Positions 57,235-64,000 of a DNA stretch of 64,000 nt are shown here, piece by piece. This DNA comes from a candidate division WS1 bacterium (GTDB lineage Bacteria; Armatimonadota; Zipacnadia; Zipacnadales; UBA5352): the NCBI GenBank assembly GCA_003566775.1, contig PXBW01000079.1, positions 18,635 to 82,634 of the forward strand. Reading direction: 5' to 3'. The notes under the pieces were generated by a model. It saw nothing but the letters and a program-made list of their open reading frames with translations. It had not been told where the DNA came from and made no database searches. The position numbers and the translations under genes were made by a program. Position 1 is the first letter of the stretch. Each line of letters starts with the position of its first letter.

Positions 57235-57648
57235 GTGAAGTTCGCCACGAAGTATCTCTGGTTCGAGACGAAGAGCAAGCGCGAGTACATCAACATCACC
57301 GATGAGGTCGCGGGGGTGGTCGCCGAGAGTGGGGTGCAGGAGGGAATGGTGCTGGTCTCGGCGATGCACATTACCGCGGGAGTCTATGTCAATGACGCCG
57401 AGTCGGGAATAATCGCCGACATCGACGAGTGGGTTGAGGAACTCGCGCCCTACCGCGAGGACTACCGCCATCATCGCACCGGGGAGTCCAACGCGGACGC
57501 CCACCTCAAGAGCCTGCTGATCCACCACGAGGTGATCGTCCCGATCACCGACGGCGCGCTGGATCTCGGCACCTGGCAACAGATATACTACGCTGAGTTC
57601 GACGGCATGCGCCGCAAGCGCGTAATCGTGAAGGTCATGGGTGAGTGA
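57235..57648 (+). CDS. YjbQ-family protein (secondary thiamine-phosphate synthase enzyme, UPF0047)
   Basis: [17 protein letters not shown]...[19 protein letters not shown]...[17 protein letters not shown] matches the YjbQ/UPF0047 consensus. GAGGAG RBS 9 nt before the GTG at 57235. Confidence 0.8.
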   Translation: MKFATKYLWFETKSKREYINITDEVAGVVAESGVQEGMVLVSAMHITAGVYVNDAESGIIADIDEWVEELAPYREDYRHHRTGESNADAHLKSLLIHHEVIVPITDGALDLGTWQQIYYAEFDGMRRKRVIVKVMGE

Positions 57649-57718
57649 TATTCGTGAGACTACCGCGGGGGGAGGCTCTCACGGTCTCGCCCCCAACCTT
57701 TAGGGATACGATTGTCCT

Positions 57719-60133
57719 CTAAGATCTCTGTTCGGTAGGCCACCGCCAGTCCCTGATCTCAGGCATGTCCTCGCCGTGCATGGATATGTATTCCCGGTGG
57801 TCTATGATCCGGTGACGCATCTGCTGCCGGACATGGGCCGCCCTCTCCCCGAGGTCGGGTACGCGATCGATAACGTCCATCACGAGATGGAAGCGATCGA
57901 TATCGTTCCGCACCGCCATGTCGAAGGGCGTGGTTGTTGAGCCTTCCTCCTTGTACCCGCGCACATGCAGATTCGGGTGATTCGTGCGCCGATACATCAG
58001 CCTGTGCAGCAACCAGGGATAGCCGTGGAATGCGAAGATTATCGGTTTACTGGTGGTGAATATCGTATCGAAGTCCCGATCTGAGAGTCCATGCGGGTGC
58101 TCCTCCTCCGGCTGCAGCTTCATCAGATTCACCACGTTGACAACGCGCACTTTCAACTCCGGCAGGTACCGGCGCAGCAGGTCCACGGCGGCGAGTGTCT
58201 CGATGGTAGGGACATCGCCCGCGCAGGCCATCACAACATCGGTATCTCCGTCGTGATCGTTGCTGGCCCAATCCCAGATGCCCAGGCCCGCGGTGCAATG
58301 CTTCACCGCCATGTCCATGTCCAGCCACTGAGGTTGATCGTGCTTGGCCGCTACGATCACATTCACGTAGTTGCGACTGCGAAGACAGTGATTCGCCACC
58401 GACAGCAGCGTGTTGGTGTCGGGGGGAAGATATATCCGAATCACGTCTGCCTTCTTGTTGACCACAAGATCGAGAAAGCCCGGATCCTGGTGGCTGAAGC
58501 CGTTGTGATCCTGCCGCCATACATGTGAGGTCAACAGGTAGTTGAGTGAGGCGATCGGGCGGCGCCAGGGCACCTCGTCGCGCGAGACCTTGAGCCACTT
58601 GGCGTACTGATTGAACATGGAACCGACGATATGCACGAATGCTTCATAGCACGAGAACCACCCGTGACGGCCGGTCAGCAGGTACCCCTCGAGCCATCCC
58701 TGGCAGGTGTGCTCGCTGAGCATCTCCATTACGCGCCCGTCGGGCCCGAGATGTACGTCGAAGTCCTCCGCCTCAGCCATCCAGGTCAGGTCCGTGACAT
58801 CGAACAGCGCGTCGAGGCGGTTTGAAGACGTCTCGTCAGGTGCGAACACTCGAAAGCTGCGCTGATCGGCATTCAACTCCATCGTGTCGCGCAGAAAGTA
58901 TCCCAGCACTCGCGTCGCCTCGGCGTCAATCGCGCCGGGTTCAGGAAGGTCCAGAGCGTAATCGCGAAAGTCTGGCAGTTCGAGATCCGTCAGCAGCAAG
59001 CCGCCGTTTGTATGCGGATTGACGCCCATCCGGCGCTCGCCCTCCGGCGCAAGTGCGAGCAGCTCAGCCACCGGTCGCCCGTCCTCATCGAAAAGCTCCT
59101 CAGGCCGGTAGCTCTGCATCCACTCGGTAAGCCGGCGCATATGCTCTTCGTTGCCGCGCACGTGTTTCATCGGAACCTGGTGGGAGCGGAAATGCCCCTC
59201 GACCTTCTCGCCGTCTATCTCCTCGGGTCCGGTCCAGCCTTTGGGGGTTCGCAGCACGATCATCGGCCAGCGCGGGCGCTCCACCAGGCCTTCGTCGCGC
59301 GCCCGGCGCTGGACAGCCTGAATCCGCTCGACTGCGCGATCCAGCGCCGCCGCCATCTGCTGATGCACATGGGCGGGTTCATCCCCCTCTACGAAGTAAG
59401 GCTCGTGTCCGTAACCGCGCATCAGGCACGCCAGTTCATCATCGCTGATCCGGGCAAGGATCGTCGGACTGGCTATCTTGTACTCATTGAGATGCAGAAT
59501 CGGCAGCACCGCACCGTCGCGTGCCGGATTTAGAAACTTGTTCGAATGCCAGGAGGTCGCCAGCGCTCCGGTCTCCGCCTCGCCGTCACCGATTACACAG
59601 GCTACGATAAGATCGGGATTGTCGAACGCGGCGCCGTATGCGTGTGAGAGACTGTACCCGAGTTCTCCACCCTCGTGCATCGAACCGGGGATCTCCGCTC
59701 CGGTGTGACTCGGTATCCCGTAGGGCCACGAGAACTGTCGGAACAGGCGGCACATCCCCTCTTCGTCCTGCTTCACTGCGGGGTAAAGCTCCGAGTAACT
59801 GCCCTCAAGCCAGGTGGCTGCGACGACTCCGGGTGCGCCGTGCCCCGGACCGGTTATGTAGATCATGTCGAGATCCCGGGACTTGATCACACGGTTCAGG
59901 TGCGCATAGATCAGGGTGAGTCCCGGCACACTGCCCCAGTGACCGAGCAGGCGCGGTTTGACGTGCTCGTCCTTGAGAGGCTCCCGTAAGAGCGGGTTTC
60001 CCATCAAGTATATCTGTCCGACCGCCAGATAGTTGGCGGCCCTCCACCACGCGTCTATTGTGCTAAGCTCCTCATCATCCAGCGGTGTACCAGAAATGTG
60101 TCGCGAGGTCTCCTCACGTTGGTTCTGATCCAT
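57719..60133 (-). CDS. xfp: xylulose-5-phosphate/fructose-6-phosphate phosphoketolase
   Basis: About 805 aa. Full-length phosphoketolase pattern: N-terminal WRAANYL...GHWG, TPP-binding GDGE, and the C-terminal XFP domain. Start MDQNQ near 60133. Confidence 0.92.
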   Translation of the reverse strand: MDQNQREETSRHISGTPLDDEELSTIDAWWRAANYLAVGQIYLMGNPLLREPLKDEHVKPRLLGHWGSVPGLTLIYAHLNRVIKSRDLDMIYITGPGHGAPGVVAATWLEGSYSELYPAVKQDEEGMCRLFRQFSWPYGIPSHTGAEIPGSMHEGGELGYSLSHAYGAAFDNPDLIVACVIGDGEAETGALATSWHSNKFLNPARDGAVLPILHLNEYKIASPTILARISDDELACLMRGYGHEPYFVEGDEPAHVHQQMAAALDRAVERIQAVQRRARDEGLVERPRWPMIVLRTPKGWTGPEEIDGEKVEGHFRSHQVPMKHVRGNEEHMRRLTEWMQSYRPEELFDEDGRPVAELLALAPEGERRMGVNPHTNGGLLLTDLELPDFRDYALDLPEPGAIDAEATRVLGYFLRDTMELNADQRSFRVFAPDETSSNRLDALFDVTDLTWMAEAEDFDVHLGPDGRVMEMLSEHTCQGWLEGYLLTGRHGWFSCYEAFVHIVGSMFNQYAKWLKVSRDEVPWRRPIASLNYLLTSHVWRQDHNGFSHQDPGFLDLVVNKKADVIRIYLPPDTNTLLSVANHCLRSRNYVNVIVAAKHDQPQWLDMDMAVKHCTAGLGIWDWASNDHDGDTDVVMACAGDVPTIETLAAVDLLRRYLPELKVRVVNVVNLMKLQPEEEHPHGLSDRDFDTIFTTSKPIIFAFHGYPWLLHRLMYRRTNHPNLHVRGYKEEGSTTTPFDMAVRNDIDRFHLVMDVIDRVPDLGERAAHVRQQMRHRIIDHREYISMHGEDMPEIRDWRWPTEQRS

Positions 60134-60338
60134 CACTGCTCCCTCCTCCAATTCGCATGTACGACCCGGCGGGCGTTACTAAACGATTCTGTGTCATCGC
60201 CGACGTTCCTCGTGCCGATTTCTGCGATTCAGTCAGATGTCGCCTCTAATGGGGAGGGGATGCCGGTAGGAGGAGCGAACTTCTCGCATCAAGGAAATCG
60301 GTGCAGACAACCGAGAATGCCGCCAGGGGAGGCTCATC

Positions 60339-61403
60339 ATGAGCTATCAGATCCAGCTACCTGATGGAGCATACCACGTCGTTACCGCGCCGGAGCACTG
60401 CGCGTGGCCAAACCTTACGCTGATGCCGAATGGAGAGATCGGCGCGGTGATCTACAGCAAACCCAGCCACGGCTGGGACGAGGGCGATCCGGAACTCTGG
60501 GTCAGCTCAGACGGCGGATTCACCTGGGGCTGCCGCAGCGAGGTAACGCAACATCATCCTCCCACGGTGCGCATGAACGTGGCGGCGGGGCTCAATCCGG
60601 ACGGGCACCTCGTCGCGCTGGTGAGCGGCTGGACGCTCGGCGAGGAACGCGACGGCCGCGGCGTGGTGCTCAAGCCATGGGTGAGCATCTCCACCGACAA
60701 CGGGCACACGTGGGAGCACGCGGGCGAGGTCGCGCCGTCAGAGATTGAGGGCTTCGAGGGCGAGCCGGTCCTGATCCCCTTCGGCGACGTCTGCGTGACT
60801 GGCGACGAGTGCGTGGTAAGCTGCTACGGCTCGTCAAGCTGGGAGCAGGACATCGCCCACCACTCGGTTCTCCTGCGCAGCAGCGACGGCGGCCGCACAT
60901 GGGGCGACGTGTCGGTAATCGGCGCGGAAAACTACAACGAGACCGACCTGCTGATCCACTCAAGCGGACGCTGGCTGGCGCTGGCGCGGACAAAGAGCGT
61001 CATCAGCGAGGACACCGGGGGCGCACACGGAGCAAATGTGCGTCTGATGGTCTCCGAGGACGAGGGCCGGACATGGGAGTTCGCGCTCGAACTGAGCCGG
61101 CCGAGCCAGCATCCCGGACATCTGCTGGAGCTTGCGGACGGGCGCATCCTCGCGAGCTACGGGAACCGCATCCCGCGCTTCCGCGGCGTGATGGGCCGCA
61201 TCAGCGACGACGCGGGTGAAAGCTGGTCGGCGCCCTTCGTGATCGTCGGCGGGCTGCTGGAGGGCGACTGCGGCTATCCGTCGAGCGTGCAGGTCGAGGA
61301 CGGGGAGATCGTCACCGCGTATTATACCAACGCCGCGCCGTGGCATCAGCGCTATCACATGGGAGTGGTGCGCTGGAGCCTCGATGCTGTTCCTTGTGAT
61401 TAG
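60339..61403 (+). CDS. BNR-repeat sialidase-like (GH33-like beta-propeller) protein, cytoplasmic, second copy in window
   Basis: Five Asp-box motifs (SSDGGFTW, STDNGHTW, SSDGGRTW, SEDEGRTW, SDDAGESW). No signal peptide. GGGGAGG RBS. Confidence 0.7.
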   Translation: MSYQIQLPDGAYHVVTAPEHCAWPNLTLMPNGEIGAVIYSKPSHGWDEGDPELWVSSDGGFTWGCRSEVTQHHPPTVRMNVAAGLNPDGHLVALVSGWTLGEERDGRGVVLKPWVSISTDNGHTWEHAGEVAPSEIEGFEGEPVLIPFGDVCVTGDECVVSCYGSSSWEQDIAHHSVLLRSSDGGRTWGDVSVIGAENYNETDLLIHSSGRWLALARTKSVISEDTGGAHGANVRLMVSEDEGRTWEFALELSRPSQHPGHLLELADGRILASYGNRIPRFRGVMGRISDDAGESWSAPFVIVGGLLEGDCGYPSSVQVEDGEIVTAYYTNAAPWHQRYHMGVVRWSLDAVPCD

Positions 61404-61431
61404 ATAGGCTATTGTCGCTTCGCCCGCGTCG

Positions 61432-62400
61432 CTAACCTCGCCGGAAGGGACGCGGGCGAGGAATCAGGTCATCGGAGTCCGGCGGACCCTCCAGCCCCTC
61501 GGGAGCATCATATTGCACGAACATATTTCGGAACCGCAGGTAGTGCTCGTGCCAGCGGTCATATGTTGTCATGCCGTCGTGACGGACCCCGAGAACGTAG
61601 TTGATGTCCTGCTCGGGCAGGCGGACTTCAACCCATGAACGCACGTAACTGTCGGCGGGACCCGCCACGTCCGTGAAGCTGGTCTCCCGCCTGTTGCGAC
61701 CTGTGCCTTCAGTGAATGACTCGCTTCCCATGAGGCTCTCTCCCGGAGCGAGCTTCGTCCATCCCGGCTCGCCCGACCGTCGCGGGGAGTAAACGTAGAA
61801 CTCGATCGCTCCGCTCGGCGTGCCGAAGGACATTCCATCCGCATCATAGCTGTCCGACTCGGGTGCGGAATCATAGCCGAGCGGTTGGAACTCCACCGGA
61901 TAGTCGATGTCGAACCATGGCCCGCGGTAGGTAAGCCAGCCGTCACCGAGCACCGCTACGCGAAGCTCCATTCCATCACCACCTTCAGGTGGCTTCAGGG
62001 TGAGGCTCCTTTGCCGGAACTCGACGGTCGTGCCGAATGCCTCGGCCACGAAGCGGGCCGGAACGTAGGTGATCTGGGCCAGCGTCAACGGCGCGCTGTC
62101 GAGCACTATTGAACGCCCGTTGATGGACGCGGTGCTTGATCCCGGCTGCAGTCGCACCGTTCTGTCAGCGCTCTCAATGATGATAGTTCTCTCCTGCGGT
62201 TCCCAGCCGACCTCGGCTCCCAGCCACTCGGCGGCTGCGCGAATCGGTATCAGGGTGTGTCCGCCATCGAGAACGGCGATCGCCGATCCATCGTCGTTGG
62301 CGGCGAAGAGGGGTAGCGAGACGATCAGCAGTGCGACGATAACCAGACCTGACCCTGCGCGCACGGCGGGCACCTCCCGTTGATCTGTCGCTTCCCCCAT
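61432..62400 (-). CDS. secreted protein: Cu-amine-oxidase-N-terminal-like domain plus conserved C-terminal domain of unknown function (paralog A)
   Basis: Signal-peptide-like LVIVALLIVSLPLFAA. Cu_amine_oxidN1-like segment (AIAVLDGGHTLIPIRAAAEWLGAEVGW ... ITYVPARFVAEAFG). C-terminal block YRGPWFDIDYP...EFYVYSP shared with the downstream paralog. Confidence 0.6.
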   Translation of the reverse strand: MGEATDQREVPAVRAGSGLVIVALLIVSLPLFAANDDGSAIAVLDGGHTLIPIRAAAEWLGAEVGWEPQERTIIIESADRTVRLQPGSSTASINGRSIVLDSAPLTLAQITYVPARFVAEAFGTTVEFRQRSLTLKPPEGGDGMELRVAVLGDGWLTYRGPWFDIDYPVEFQPLGYDSAPESDSYDADGMSFGTPSGAIEFYVYSPRRSGEPGWTKLAPGESLMGSESFTEGTGRNRRETSFTDVAGPADSYVRSWVEVRLPEQDINYVLGVRHDGMTTYDRWHEHYLRFRNMFVQYDAPEGLEGPPDSDDLIPRPRPFRRG

Positions 62401-62503
62401 CCGCGATTGCTCATTTTCCGGCGGTCCGGGCAGCGGCCCCGGCGAGACGGACGGCCTGCCTCATTTGCGCCCGGCAACGGCCGCATCAGGCGCAACGATC
62501 GGC

Positions 62504-63367
62504 TCAATCGGCGTACTGCACCAGAGAATTGCGAAAACGACGGTAGTCGTCGCGCCAGCGTTCGTACGTCGCAAGCGTGTCGTAACGGATGCCGAGATAG
62601 TACTTGACGTTAAGCTCGGGCTGATGCACTTCGATCCAGGACCGCGTGTAGTCATCGGTCGGCCCGGTGACAGTCACCCAGGTGAGCTTCTTCCGCTCGG
62701 GCCCGTGACCCTCAGTGGTCGAGTTGCGGTCGAAGAGCATCTCGCCCGGTGCGACCTTCGGCCACTGCGGATCGCCGGACCACTGAGGCGAGTACACGTA
62801 GAACTCGACCTTTCCGTCGGATGACCCGAAGCGCATCCCGTCCTCGTCGTATCCATTCGATTCTGATGCGCGATCGAAACCGAGGGGGCGGAAGCTCGCC
62901 GGGTAGTCTATGTCGAACCACGGTCCACGATAGGTCAGCCAGTCATCCTTGAGCAGGGCCACCCGCAGTTGCATCTGCTGCCCTCCGGTGGGGGGATAGA
63001 GTGTCAGCAGCCCGTCGTCGAAATCAGGCGTGGCCCCGAATGCCTCAGTCACAAAGCGAACCGGCACGTAGGTCACGCCGGCGAGGACCTTCGGAGGGGT
63101 GTCAAGCTCTACCTCCTCTCCGTTGACCTGTGCCGTCTCTGAGTCAGGCCGCAGCTTCACCATAGTGTTCGCGCGCCCTATCTCGACCGTATCGTTCTCA
63201 GCGTCCCAGGAGACGCCGGCACCCAGCCACTCGGTAACGGCCCGGATCGGCGCGAGAGTGCGACCGCCATCGAGGACGGCCACCGCGGAGCCGTCCTCGT
63301 TTGCGGCGAGAGTGGTGGTGGGGGGAAGCAACAGCATCACACCGATTAGAGCTGAAGCGAAGCGCAT
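62504..63367 (-). CDS. secreted protein: Cu-amine-oxidase-N-terminal-like domain plus conserved C-terminal domain of unknown function (paralog B)
   Basis: Start at the ATG at 63367 (MRFASALIGVMLLLPPTTTLAA) with a GGAGGTG RBS. About 50-55% identical to paralog A over the full length. The ORF track extends to 63757 through an implausible leader. Confidence 0.6.
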   Translation of the reverse strand: MRFASALIGVMLLLPPTTTLAANEDGSAVAVLDGGRTLAPIRAVTEWLGAGVSWDAENDTVEIGRANTMVKLRPDSETAQVNGEEVELDTPPKVLAGVTYVPVRFVTEAFGATPDFDDGLLTLYPPTGGQQMQLRVALLKDDWLTYRGPWFDIDYPASFRPLGFDRASESNGYDEDGMRFGSSDGKVEFYVYSPQWSGDPQWPKVAPGEMLFDRNSTTEGHGPERKKLTWVTVTGPTDDYTRSWIEVHQPELNVKYYLGIRYDTLATYERWRDDYRRFRNSLVQYAD

Positions 63368-63524
63368 GGCACAGCACCTCCGTGTCTTCGAACAGTCCCC
63401 CCGGAGTGATTGTTCCACCTCCAGCGAGAATCTCCTCGTGCAGATCCGAGGTGCCTTCGCGCTCTGCGTCGAACTGCCGCTGCGTTGCAGATGGATCACG
63501 CAGTTTGATTCGGAGGCGCGGCAA

Positions 63525-64000
63525 TGTCTGAGTTTCTTGTACAGGACGGTCAGACGTACATCTTCCAGGGTGACTCGATCACGGACGCCACCCGCCGTGG
63601 GGCCAATGCGCCCTTCGGTACCGGCTACGCGAAGTTGACCGTGGATCTGATTACCGCGCAATACCCCGAGCGCAGGATTCGATGGATCAACAAGGGGATC
63701 GGGGGGAATCGCGTAACGCAGCTTGCCGAGCGCTGGACCGATGATGTGATTCGCCACGAGCCTGACTGGGTCTCAATCCTCATCGGTATCAACGACGCGC
63801 ACTCGATGCTGCGCCGGATGGAGCCGATCGTACCAGTGGAGCTTTATCGGGAGAAGTACGACGAGATAGTCTCCCGCACCATCGCCGAGACCGGAGCGCA
63901 GGTGCTGATTATCGACCCCTTCTACATGAGCATCGACGGCTCCGGACAGGACTGGCGCACGGTGGTCCTCGAGGCCCTGCCGCGGTACATCAAGGTCGCG
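63525..64000 (+). CDS. SGNH/GDSL-family hydrolase (N-terminal part; continues beyond window)
   Basis: ATG at 63525 after a GGAGG RBS. YIFQGDSITD block I (catalytic Ser), GIGGN block II, and GIND block III of the SGNH family. Open to the window end, hence absent from the ORF track. Confidence 0.7.

Overview
High-GC (roughly 65%) bacterial chromosomal segment. I can support about 60 protein-coding genes on both strands. I found no rRNA, tRNA, CRISPR array, transposase or integrase. The content is a mix of housekeeping genes and accessory carbohydrate and sulfated-glycan genes.

Housekeeping genes: queC-queD (queuosine precursor synthesis); groES-groEL, with a textbook sigma-A promoter and CIRCE operator; a Tat-exported Fe/Mn superoxide dismutase co-transcribed with a hemerythrin-like gene; phosphoketolase; xylulokinase; glycerate kinase; a Sir2-family deacylase (CobB); and a biotin transporter (BioY).

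Accessory genes: two sulfatases; an aminotransferase of the DegT/DnrJ/EryC1/StrS family (DegT); a 1188-aa secreted multi-domain glycoside-hydrolase-like protein; an arylsulfotransferase (ASST)-like beta-propeller; two cytoplasmic BNR (bacterial neuraminidase repeat) sialidase-like proteins; three xylose-isomerase-fold TIM-barrel proteins; and an oxidoreductase of the Gfo/Idh/MocA family.

Lineage (inference): a DUF1559 prepilin-like protein, abundant sulfatases and BNR proteins, and Cu-amine-oxidase N-domain proteins point to an Armatimonadota or Planctomycetota/Verrucomicrobiota-like lineage.

Most unusual locus: 10.2-14.8 kb, a co-directional operon. It encodes a beta-propeller oligogalacturonide-lyase-family protein, two tandemly duplicated class-I glutamine-amidotransferase (peptidase C26-like) genes joined by an ATGA start/stop overlap, an orphan non-pyrrolysine methyltransferase of the MttB family with no corrinoid protein or methyl-corrinoid:THF methyltransferase anywhere in the window, and a membrane-anchored bacterial-PH-domain protein joined by a GTGA start/stop overlap.

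Other loci worth a look: an orphan uroporphyrinogen-decarboxylase (UroD/MtaA)-like gene in a run with an ACT protein, CobB and BioY; a conserved pair of a TMEM43-like membrane protein (with zinc ribbon) and a TIGR00266/AIM24 protein; the methanogen-type homocysteine biosynthesis pair (COG1900 plus NIL-ferredoxin) behind a ~250-nt leader that may hold a riboswitch; a family-2 glycosyltransferase (GT2) with QxxRW motif, an overlapping polytopic membrane protein and a neutral-ceramidase-like protein; a cluster of small proteins including a secreted Met/Pro-rich (Cu-binding-like) protein; and tandem paralogous secreted proteins carrying a Cu-amine-oxidase N-terminal-like domain.

Note: the high GC content generates many long antisense ORFs in the six-frame track; I treat these as artefacts.
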